In this document: piece by piece, positions 48,201 to 58,569 of the stretch
How positions within the stretch are numbered: position 1 is the first letter of the stretch
How the letters are laid out: every line of letters begins with the position of its first letter
From: Azolla caroliniana
Lineage: Eukaryota; Plantae; Polypodiophyta
Reading direction: 5' to 3'
Assembly: GCA_043228905.1 (NCBI GenBank)
Contig: JBHGNT010000012.1
Span: 13,826,001 to 13,890,000 of the forward strand
Length of the DNA: 64,000 nucleotides
Made by a program: the position numbers and the translations under genes
Notes under the pieces: model-generated
Database searches by the model: none
What the model was told of the DNA's origin: nothing
The model's input: only the letters and a program-made list of their open reading frames with translations

Positions 48201-50656
48201 GACACGATCTTTGGTGCGAATTGGATAAGCCCACACCTTTCGAGTCGAATCGTCAATAAAACTGACGAAGTAAGAGGCACCACCGAGAGACTGATGCGGC
48301 ATTGGGCCACAGACGTCCGAGTGGACTAAATCGAGAGGTCTCGTTTCTCTTGGTGCTGATGTCGGGTGTGATGCGGCTGCTTGTTTGCCATATTGGCAAT
48401 GTTCGCAGAATTGATGGTCCGCGAAGGAGAGTTTAGGGATGTATCCGGCTCTAGATAGGTGCGTAATGCCGGCCTTGCTGAGGTGTCCTAATCTTCTGTG
48501 CCATAGTGATGACACAGGAATATCCACCAAAAACAAGTTACCCTCTCTGAGCGTAACATGTAACGGATACAGTGAGTGTATCTTGGGTCCTCTAGCAAGC
48601 AGGAGGTTCCCCCTGTGGAGTGTCCACCCTCCCGAAGAAAAATCGGCACGAATGTCGTCTTCATCTAGTTGTCCGACTGAGATCAATGGCCTTGAGAGCT
48701 CGGGTACATGTCGGACATTGTGAAGTACAAGTGTAGAGCCACCTGCAAGGTTGAGCTCTACTGTGCCGATTCCAATGATGTCACAGTGTTGCGAGTTGCC
48801 GACTCGAACTGAGTCGGAGTGACGGATCATATATTGCCGAAATTGGGATCGATGAGGAGTCACGTGAAATGACGCGCCCGAATCTAAGAGCCATGTGCTC
48901 GATTCTTCAGTCGTGAGCAGAACTTCTGATCCGACTGGATTTTCGATTGATAGTATATTCGGGTCGTTTGGTAGCACATCAGCTGAGAAGCTGACGTAAT
49001 TGATCTCCTCATGCCGGCCACTCTTCTTGTCTGATTTCTGAGACTTGTCGTTCTTGTTCTTGAGTGCACGGTAGTCGGCTTTGATGTGTCCGGGTTTCTT
49101 GCAATAGTTGCAGATTCGATTATCCCGTGACTGGCTCCGTCTTCGCTGATTGTTCGGCTGCCGTGAGGAATCTCTTCCTCGTATGTTCGATCGGTCTGTC
49201 GAACCTTGTACTACATAAGCGTCGTCTGTTGAGTCATTGGCGAAAGACTTTCTCCGAGCTGCTTCGGTCAGAATTGCGCTCGTGACTTCGGAGTATTTAA
49301 CAGCCGTGGTTGACGCGTTGCACACGGTTGTGACGAAAGTTTCCCATGATGAGGGAAGGCTGCTCATGAGTATCATTGCTCTGAGTTCATCCTCGATTGC
49401 CGTCCCCTGAGATGAGATTTGGGAGCTTATGCTTTCGTACTCATTGAGATGTGCTTGAACCGAATCTGATTCTTTCATCCTCAAGTTGTAGAGGCGCCGG
49501 ATCAGGAACATCTTCGTTGCAGCGACCTTCTTTTCGTAGGTGTCCGACAGTGTTTTCCACAGTTCGAATGCTGTCGTACACGATTGCACCATAAAGTATA
49601 CCGATTCCGATAGGTGCATCCGAATCGTGGCGCGGACGATTCTGTCCAGCTTCTGCCACTCAATTGGTTTGTATTCTTCTGGAGGTGCTTCACTTTCGAT
49701 GGGATCGATTTGCCCCTTGACTATGAGATAGTCCTGCATTTGCTCCTTCCAGAAGTTGAAGTTCGATCCATCGAACTTTCGTAGACTCATTTCTGACGAA
49801 CCGGATGTTGATGTCATGACTCTGCCCTAAGTCGGCTACGAACTTTGGTGAAGTGCAGCGGTTTGGCCCACTCAGTGTCGTTCTAGCCGAAGTTGGACAC
49901 AAGTGATGTTGATTACGGAGAATCGGGGATTTGGTTCGGATTGACTACCGACAACTGTCTTAGTCGAGTTGAACCTAGATTTAGCGATCCGACAGTACTT
50001 CAAGCCGATTCGGTTTCGGTTGACTGCAACGGTGAGAGCAATGGAACCGACTGGTCCTTCCGATTATTGTCCAATCGAATGAAATGCGAACTGGGGTTGT
50101 CCTTGAAGTCGTCGTTGTGCAGGAAGCCCACCTCAAGCAGTTACGATCAAGGAAGTAGAGTACAGCCGACTGGCTTACTCCGAGTGATGATCTAACGCAG
50201 CGAGATTCAAGCTTGTGTTTGCCTACTTTCTTCTCTGTTTCTTCGAATGACGCGAGAAACCGAATGCTTTGCAGACTAGGATGAAGCGAAAGGCCGAATA
50301 CTGTGCAGGCTGTGATGACGGCCGACAGCGGGTTGAGGAACCAGGCTCTGATACCAAATGTTGAAGACAAGGCCGTCAATGCGGAAGATCAAGTAGCATT
50401 CGATTGGGGTTGAGTACCTGCGTATGACAGTTTCCAAGATCGTGCAAAGAGATAGAGAGAGAGAGAGAGGAGGCACAAGAATCTTTCTATTCAACAGAAA
50501 TAATAATACAACCAACCTTACAAAAAGGTTATTAGGTCACTTTATATAGTGACCGACTTAGGGCAACTACCATTTATGCTAATTACACAAATGGCCCAAA
50601 CTTGAGCTATACAAAGGGATAGTGTGAATACGTCCATTATACACTTGTATTCGACA
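45292..50656 (-). mobile_element. Ty1/Copia element H, intact and very young; TSD CACAC
   Basis: LTRs 45292-45591 and 50359-50656 look identical except for one AG unit. PBS 50345-50356, PPT GGGGGAG, CACAC at 45287-45291 and 50657-50661. Confidence 0.97.
45786..49817 (-). CDS. gag-pol: Copia H Gag-Pol polyprotein (1343 aa)
   Basis: One open ORF with KFDGSNF, CNYCKKPGH, WLLDSGAS, WHRRLGH, VHSDVCGP, TDNGGEY, YKARLVAKGF, YVDDML and STTEAEY. Confidence 0.97.
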   Translation of the reverse strand: MTSTSGSSEMSLRKFDGSNFNFWKEQMQDYLIVKGQIDPIESEAPPEEYKPIEWQKLDRIVRATIRMHLSESVYFMVQSCTTAFELWKTLSDTYEKKVAATKMFLIRRLYNLRMKESDSVQAHLNEYESISSQISSQGTAIEDELRAMILMSSLPSSWETFVTTVCNASTTAVKYSEVTSAILTEAARRKSFANDSTDDAYVVQGSTDRSNIRGRDSSRQPNNQRRRSQSRDNRICNYCKKPGHIKADYRALKNKNDKSQKSDKKSGRHEEINYVSFSADVLPNDPNILSIENPVGSEVLLTTEESSTWLLDSGASFHVTPHRSQFRQYMIRHSDSVRVGNSQHCDIIGIGTVELNLAGGSTLVLHNVRHVPELSRPLISVGQLDEDDIRADFSSGGWTLHRGNLLLARGPKIHSLYPLHVTLREGNLFLVDIPVSSLWHRRLGHLSKAGITHLSRAGYIPKLSFADHQFCEHCQYGKQAAASHPTSAPRETRPLDLVHSDVCGPMPHQSLGGASYFVSFIDDSTRKVWAYPIRTKDRVFSIFSDWLAMVENQTDRKLKCFRTDNGGEYKSEEFVKFCRQRGIRREFTAPHSPEQNGIAERMNRTIQERIVSMLQHSRLSDGFWAEALLTAVHIINMSPSRPLGLQIPQELWIGSKPNYDKLRIFGCEAYALIPKDDRRKLAPRSRKCIFLGYGSDGEMGYRLWDPERRQIVRSSDVVFNESAMNPSVETPIEVRRVTFSDVPTLQESPALNTRSASRVAEPYTTDSDNSDSAQQNNSLSDHPTSIPDTTSPIIPRRSKRLSQPPERYSPGIFFTDAGEPTSYEEASTSVDSATWHLAMESEMHSIRANKTWDLVELPKNRRALPCKWVYRLKETSDSTTPKYKARLVAKGFRQEYGVDFDEIFSPVVKMTTLRFLLGVVATDNLELIQLDVKTTFLHGDLEEEIYMEQPKGFVATGQEHLVCRLRKSLYGLKQAPRQWYKKFDDFIQSIGFSKSDEDHCLFTNTAQDGSPIFLIIYVDDMLISGRHAGEFADLIRQLRLKFAMKDLGPARHILGMKISRHRDKRHLFLSQTDYIGRVLERFNMQSAKSASTPLPMNLRLSQRDCPTSGPEGEDMKSVPYAPAVGSLMYLMVATRPDISHAVGVVSRFMHNPGRSHWNAVKHVFKYLAGTKDHDILFGPNSTSGVVGYTDSDFAGCIDSRKSTTGYCFKFGNGAISWKSKLQECTATSTTEAEYVAASDAAKEALWLGRLAHTFRQVDHDSAPVVYNDSQGVVALSKNPVHHNASKHIDVRYHFVRDCVISGKIGLEKISKTDNVADGMTKCLSADRFWSLRHQMGVTTNQSG

Positions 50657-50810
50657 CACACTCTCTCTCAAGCATCTTCCGTTGCATTGCAATCACTCTT
50701 GCCTTCATTTCGTTACATGGTATCAGAGCATTTTCGACTGTGTTGTGTTGCACGTCGACGATCAACAGAACCGGCCCATCGATAGAGAAGAAATCACCAT
50801 TAATACTCAA

Positions 50811-53800
50811 ATGGGAAGTACTCTTCCATACGAGAAGCTTGATAGAACTAACTTTGCATCTTGGGAATACAAGATGCATCAATACCTTGTCGGACAAGGC
50901 TACTAGAGCTATATCAAAGGAGCTCAGAATCACACCCCATACCTTGTCCGAAGCAGGCGTGGGAATACCTCAAGAAGATTTTCACAGCCAATACTGCCGC
51001 ACGAAAGCTCCAACTTCGATAGGAGCTGAACAATCTTCAACAAAGGGACATGTCAATCGGCAACTACACCTTAAAGATCAAGGAGTTGTGCGATGCCCTT
51101 GGATCGATTAATGTTAGCATTGACGACGAAGAGATGGTGTAGATATGCCTCGGTGGCTTGGCACCGTGTTTTGGTGCAATAAGATCGATCGTTCTCGCGA
51201 GAGAGAATCCTCCCTCCTTTTTTGATCTCCAATCATTGTTGCTAGTCGAAGAGAATCACGTGTGTCAAAGGAATAATGCGCATGATGGACAAATGCTATA
51301 TTCGAACTTCGATGGAGGAAGAGGACAAAGTCATAGAAGGAGAGGTTGATTTGGCCAAGGCCGACACAACCAATGGCAAGCGGACAGAAATGGCCCCAGA
51401 GAGTTCGGCGGAAGGGGGAGTCATCACACCGGACCGAGCAACCGTAGGAACCCAGTTGAATGCAGGTACTGCGGAAAACCCGGCCACTATGAAGAGGAGT
51501 GTCAGAAGAAGAAGCATGAGCAAGGCCGACAACTAACAAATTACGCCACGAACTCCGACTATGGCGGAATGTTCATAATGAAGCACGAAGTGCACTCAAT
51601 GTCCGCACTTGCGTCAACTACCCATTCCACTCTGAATAGCATATAGTTTGTCGATTCGGGAGCATCCATCACATGACATCCCGTGAAGATTGGTTTTGGG
51701 AACTATGGAAGCCCGAACGTCCCAGATATGTAGAAACTGGAGATGACACGACTCACCCAAGACAACATATCGAGAACGTCCCATTCAGAAACTACGACAA
51801 ACAGACCTACCTCAAGAACGTGCTGCATGTTCCCACTATTACGAAAACCTACTCTCGGTTGGCCAGATTGTCGAACAAGGAATGCAAATACGCTTCAATA
51901 ACAATGGGTGCTTCATCGGAAAGGCGATCAAGTCATAGCTCACGGCCGTCGTGAAGGCTGTATGTTCATCCTCGAATCGAGCGAGGTAAAGTCGGCCATG
52001 TTTGCAAAGGTCTAGAAAGTCGAAACCAACTTGAAACTATTGCACAATAGAATCGACCACATCAATCTCCAAAAGCTCCAGAACATGCAATCGAAAGGAG
52101 TCATAATCAGACTCCCAAACTTTACGGCGAAGGAGATTACAAGCATATGCGAAGCATGTCAGTTCGGAAAGCAACACTATCACCCATTCCCTAAAGAGCA
52201 AAATGTGAGCAAAGGAATCCTGGATGTCATACATTCAGATGTGTGGGGACCAGCCCAGACAACAACATTTGGCGGATGCCGATACTATGTCACGTTCATC
52301 GATGACTTCTCCAGGAACACCTGGATCTATCCGATGAAGCAGAAGAGTGAAGTGTTCATGCACTTCTAGACATTCAAAGCCGAAGTCCAAAAAACTACAG
52401 GTCCGCATGTATGTTTTCTTCGATCAGATGGACGCAAAGAATATTTTTCGGATGAATTTATGGCGTATCTCCGAAAAGAAGGAATTCGACGAGAGTTCTC
52501 GTGTCGACACACGCCTCAGCAAAACGACGTAGCAGAGCGTAAAAATCGCCATGTACTAGAAGTCGCACGAGCCATGATAAACGAGAAGAACCTGCCGAAA
52601 TCATATTGGGCAGAAGCAGCAAATACGGATGTATATGTCATGAACAGGTGCACAACCTTGGGAGTACACGATATAACTCCGCATGAGAAATTCTTCGGAA
52701 AGAAGCCGAACTTGTCACATGTCCGCGTTTTCGGTTCTATTGCCTACATACATATTCCCGACGATACACGGCAAAAGCTTGAACCAAAGTCGGAGAAATG
52801 TATCCTCGTAGGATACTCACTCGAACAGAAAGGGTACAAATGCTACAACCCATCTACCCATAAGGTTCGAACAAGTTGAGACATACTCTTCGACGAATAC
52901 GCATCCTGGTACGCACCAGAGAATACTTCGACTCCAACCTCGCTTGACGCGGATGACACTGAAATAGAAATAGAAGCTGAGGATCGGCTCACACAGATTT
53001 TAGAAGACAACCCAATTATGACACGGCTGAGTGGGCCATCAGATCCGCCGAGCAATGAAAGCACATCTCGGCCGAGTCCGAAGCTGGACAAAGGGATGGC
53101 GAAAATGCGGGAATATGAAGATCAAGAAGAAACTGAGATGCTTCACTCTCTTGACAGTGAATTTGAAGATCTCGATATCCGCATAGATGGAGGAAAGAAA
53201 GACATACTCCCCACGGATCGAGAGCTACGTTGATCCACACGTGAAAAGAACCCCGTAAACCGCTACGGCTACGACGAGTACATGGCATATCACTACACTT
53301 TTATGATGAAAGTAGCGTCAATACGGGAGCCGGAAACGCTTTCCGAAGCCGCAAAGGATCCGCGATGGGTCGACGGGATGAATGACGAGCTTTATGCAAA
53401 AACGAGACATGGGATCTCGTTCCTCTCCCTCCGAACAAGAAAGTGATTGGTTGCAAATGGATATACAAAGTAAAATACAATGCCGATGGATCCGTAAATC
53501 GCTTCAAAGCACAACTCGTTGCAAAAGGCTATGCACAAATGCACGACATAGACTTCGGAGAAACCTTTGCCCTGGTGGAAAAGATGACAACTATACGGAC
53601 AGTAATTGCACTTGCCACAGCGAAGGGATAGCACCTCCACCAAATGGACGTGAAAAATGCTTTCCTCCAAGAAGAGGTAGATGAAGAGGTGTACATGATA
53701 CAACCACCCGGATTCGAATCGCGTAAGCATCCGCACGTCGTATGCCAACTCAAGAAGCCACTCTACGGCCTCAAACAAGCACCGCGTGCTTGGCACTCGA

Positions 53801-55470
53801 AGATCACGCAATATCTTCACTAAGTCGGATTTCGGATGTCAAAATCTGACACCTCTCTGTACATCCGAAATCAGTCGAATAGCTTGATCATCATCATCCT
53901 ATATGTGGATGACTTGGTCATCGGAGGAAAAGATCAACAAATTCAAAACACTTCTCTCCGGCAAATTCAAAATGAAAGACCTGCACGAACTCCATTACTT
54001 CCTAGGCATTGAAGTAATTCGGACACCAGTCAAGATAATGATCTCAGAACGTCACTACGTCCTCAACTTACTCTACAAGTTTGGAATGACTGAGTGCAAG
54101 CCTGTGTCTACCCCTCTCGATTGAAACCTAAAGATTGATGCCAATTCCGGAACCGCTGAGAGCGAACTGACTCAGTATCGACAATTGATCGGTAGTTTGA
54201 TATATCTAACCATTAGGTGACCCGACCTCAGTTATTCGGTCGGCCTACTTAGCCAGTTCATGTAGAATCCGCGAAACCTTCATCTTGATTGTGCTAAGAG
54301 GATACTACAATATGTCAGTACGACAATGGCTTACGGCATCATGTATAAGTCGAACACGACTATTTGCCTCGAAGAGTACACTAACGCGGACTTGGCAAGC
54401 TATAAAGCGGATAGACGATCCACCTCCATATTTGTCTTCTCCCTCGGCAGCGGAGCAATCTCTTGGAGCAGCAAGAAACAACCGACAGTTGCCGCATGCG
54501 AAGTCGTATGGCTTAAACGCATACTAAAGGATCTGGGTGTTCCCATCAAGGATCCAATTCGTCTCTACCGCGACAACATGAGCAATATCTACCTGGCGCG
54601 GAACCCCGTATTCCACGCGCAGACTAAATATATCAAAGTGCATTACCACTTCATCCACGAGCGCGTTGTCGGGGTTGCTACGCCCTTGCGTGCAGAAAGG
54701 AGGAGGGACCACGGGGGTCTTGGACCGAAGAGCAAGAGAGAGCGGAGTAAGAGAGAGACCCGATTACACAGAACCGAAGATTGCACAGGGACACGGCCCA
54801 ACAAACAGAGATCACAAACAAACGCCGACGCAGATGGACGCAACAACGGAAGATATGTACTTATGAATGCAAGAAAATAACAGACCAAAGTATTACAACC
54901 CGCGGTGGGGCACGGAATAGATACTAACGAAACGGACGGGGCGGCGAACAGATGCCGACCCCTGTATGTTGCGACGCACAGAAAGGGAAAACAGGTCGGA
55001 GGTGCTGCAGGACGCACTCGGGGCGTTCCACGGAACAGCGCAAGCCTCCTCGAAACCTGCACAGGTACGCGATGGAGCAGAAGACAGAGAAAGCAGGAGT
55101 GAGAGAGGAGCTCCGAAATCGGTTCGGCAGCACTTCGTCCTCTCCGCGCGAGATACCCTTCTTCTATTCTTCCTCTTCCTTTTATACCCCGTCAAGAGGC
55201 CGTTTGGCATTAACTGCATACCAACCGAATCTGCCCACCTAGGATCCTCGTATGTACTTCTTGGCGCGCGTGTGTGTAGAGCCGTTTCCCACGCCTTGTT
55301 CCTCCGATTCCTCTTGTGGGCGGTTTTCTTCACGACAGCGTACAAGCCAGTGAGATCGATCTACAACATACCGGTACGCACCTCCAAGTTGCTGATATAT
55401 TTACGAACGCCTTAGGAGTCGACAACCTCAGGCAATTTGCATCAGACCTTGGTCTCATGACATCTACATT
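50811..55470 (+). pseudogene. gag-pol: Copia I gag-pol (many stops and frameshifts; split by solo LTR K)
   Basis: MGSTLPYEKLDRTNFASW, FVDSGAS, IHSDVWGP, FIDDFSR, QLVAKGY, QMDVKNAF, LYVDDL and HERV|QASEIDL...VADIFT. Confidence 0.92.
54667..55337 (-). mobile_element. Solo LTR K (E lineage, 671 bp); 4-bp TSD GCGT
   Basis: TGTCGGGG...TTCTTCACGACA, similar to the E LTR. GCGT at 54663-54666 and 55338-55341. Removal restores the RNase H frame. Confidence 0.9.
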
Positions 55471-55636
55471 GCTGAACTTAGGAGTACAAGTATAGGCGAC
55501 ATGGAAGCAATACGCAACGATACGCAACACATACACAATTGATCGAGTACGCGAGTACGCAACACAGCCGACTAGACAAGTCGAAGTACAAACCGAACAA
55601 CCTTCTCGACAGATAGAAGTTGTGTTCGAAGGGGCG

Positions 55637-55947
55637 TGTTGAGAGTCGAACTCAACTTCCCATAGATAGGCTTCACACTACCTCATGGACATGTTGGGCT
55701 AGTTTTGTAAATAGTAGAAAGGGCACTTGCCCTAGCTTAGTTGGTATATAAACCAACGCATTGTAACTTAGTTACTGTTGGATGTTTTATGTTTTGATGT
55801 ATTTTTGGTTAATACACAGTTTAGTTTTTCCATCTCTGTCTAAAGAGCTCTCGCTCTTTCTCTCCCTTTGTTGCCACACACACACACACTCTCTCTCTCA
55901 ATCATCTTCCGTTGCATTGCAATCACTCTTGCCTTCATTTCATTACA
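55637..55947 (+). repeat. Copia I 3' LTR (311 bp)
   Basis: Equals 45041-45291 joined to 50662-50717. Confidence 0.95.
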
Positions 55948-55952
55948 GTGTC

Positions 55953-56860
55953 CTCCTGTAGTGACTCCCCTGGTGGTCCCGTTTGGATTTCTTCTTGTGC
56001 GCCTGTGGAAGTATGGTCTGGCTCTCTTTGTAGCTCCGATGGTTGCGGTGCGCAGGTGTCTGGCCATGGATCTGCTTGTTGTGCCTCATTCGCAGGGCCT
56101 TCTGGAGCAGGGGGGATATCGTTTGGTGCTCCCGCCATAATGACCTCTGGAGCTTCATCTTGTTTGTTCGGGCTCCCGTGGTGTTCCGCGAAATCTCTAT
56201 TCGGCAGGATGATGGCCTCTTTCTTCTTCACCCATTCCGCCCTTTGTTGTTCACTTCCGATGTCGTACAGCTGGTGGAATGTGTCGTCTTTAGTTTCACC
56301 AAAGTTTTCTAATAGTTGTGCTATTTCTTCGGTGTGGCAGTCGGCCAAGATTTGGTAGTCCTGCATAAGGTCTTCGTGAACCGTACTGATGCTATCCTTG
56401 CTCATCTTGTAAAAACCTTTTCCGTCCTTACGCTGATTCTCCCAGTCTGCCCTGTATGTGTGGAGTTCTACCGCCTGCGCCGCCCATCCGGCCCACCCTC
56501 TGTCTAAAGCAGCTTGTAGTTGGGCCGTAAAACGTTCCTATTTTGTTTGGAGTAGGGTGCGGATACGGTCCGTGTCCAAGTACATGTGGGCCTATAAATC
56601 CTCAAGAGCTTTTTTGAGGTTTTCAATTTTCCGGTTGTTGGTTGTCGCTGCTTCTTCATAGTATGTTTTCATTTAAGCCCAGATCTACGATTCCTTCTCA
56701 TGGAGGTCCTCTTACCATTTCATCTCCCTGTTGAGGCGTGTTTCGGCATCACGGGTGAGTTGGCACTCGTTTTCAAGTTGTTCATTATACCACGCTTGCT
56801 TTTTTTGTACCACCTCTCTTAGCGCAGTGATGGTGCCTTCTTTGTCCTTTCCTCGTGGAG
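55953..56860 (-). pseudogene. J extra 3' ORF fragment (coiled coil and conserved domain; ends at 44765)
   Basis: RGWAGWAAQAVELHTYRADWENQRKDG aligns without gaps to D RWWAKWAQNTAELQLLRADVENRRKEG. Confidence 0.75.
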
Positions 56861-58569
56861 CTTGTCCCTATCTCTCTCTCTCTCTCTCTCTTTCTCAAGG
56901 CTTAACGGTTAAGGCTAGCTTTAAAGTACATTAATGTTACATACTCACAAGTGGGACCTAATTAGTGATCATTCTGCTCTGCCTCTGACGAGGAAATGGC
57001 CCGATTATCTTCATCAGCACGAAAAGGGTTTGGCGGGGTGGGTCCCTGTTACCGACATGACCATATAATATCCCGTGGTGAGAATTTACCGTAGTATTCT
57101 ATACACGTGGATAAGTGTGAGGGTTAAACGAGAGTGGAAAGAAGGAGAGGATTACTTTTAATCCTCGGGATTGCGACAACCCATTAGGACAAGTATGAAC
57201 ATGGTTGGGGGCCTTGGGTATCGCTATAAATAAAAGGCCTAGCTACCCTCATTTCATTATCTGGTTAATGATATGTATTTGGTCTCGTATGTGTAAGAGG
57301 TCAATACCTCAATTACGTATTACGTTGAACCCTTATTTTTTGATGTCTCGTGTGTGTAGAGGTATATGCCTCGATTACGTATCTCGATTACGTCATTTTT
57401 GGCTATTAAATATAACGATTTCTTTAATATAGGCATATGTGGTCACGTGTATACATAATTGATCGTATATATGAGATAATATACATATGTGTATATAAGT
57501 TATTACATGATTTTAAATTGAATGTTTTCCTTTTCGGGGAAAGGTTCTTAGTGCCCGTCCTCACATTTTTGTGAGAATCGTGTTTTTTCAACAATTTTTT
57601 ATTCTTGAAGTCCCCATTGGTGACTTCGATATTTCATTACGTAAAGAAACGCCAATAGCCATAATGATGTTGAGTACATAGGGGTGGACCCACTTCATGT
57701 GAGGTCGCTCTTATGACACATGTATCCAACATCCCTCCCTCATTACATGGATACGATGCCACCATGAGATCATTCTTACGGGAGGCATTCGTAATGATGT
57801 GACCATGTGATGGGCCACGTGGGCCTACTACGAAAAGAGGTCTCATTTGGCTTGACCATTAGGTTGCACTTTCGCATATGCCATCGTAATTACGAGACTT
57901 GAGGTTAGGTAACGTACCAACATAGTTGTAGTAAATGAGGGCGAAATAAGGACTCTTGACATATATGTTTCTTTTAAAAAAACATATATGGGCAAATGCC
58001 TCACATATCTCTTATATGCATGAAACATTAAACATTCAAGAAGAGCAACTTTCTTGGTTGGCTCAAATGTTTAATGCATTTGTTCTCGAGGTCTCGAGTT
58101 CAAATATGACCAAGACCATACAACATTGTTGATACATATGACTATAACACATGTTTAGACTTGAGGTCTAAGTGCACTTCGGGGTCCTCGTAATAGGACT
58201 TAAAGAGCCAAAACCACATATGTGGGCACCGAAACATAGTTTATTGTTCACAGTTTTTTCATATATAAACTATTCATGACGCGAACATACATGGTTGAGC
58301 CTCGGGGAGCCGCCATGAAAAAATCGATATAGAGATCAGGGAAAGACATTAAATTGTCACCCCCATGGTTTTTAAAACACCTTTATGTTACCATAGTAAC
58401 CTGATCTTGAACCTCATCTCATACGTCTAGAGGGGTATTGACGTGAGATCATGATATCGATTAATGTTTGCCCATGATTACATCACGACATGATGTTATG
58501 ACTATCTCTCTGACCTTATCCTATTTCTTTTCTAGAAATAATCATTTAGTGGCTCAAAATAACAACCCG

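Larger units (their letters stand above)
45041..55947 (+). mobile_element. Ty1/Copia element I (degenerate); hosts H and K
   Basis: 5' LTR 45041-45291 plus 50662-50717, 3' LTR 55637-55947, PBS 50718-50729. The TSD is decayed (GTATT/GTGTC), but removal restores the J extra-ORF frame QEDTMADQ. Confidence 0.9.
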
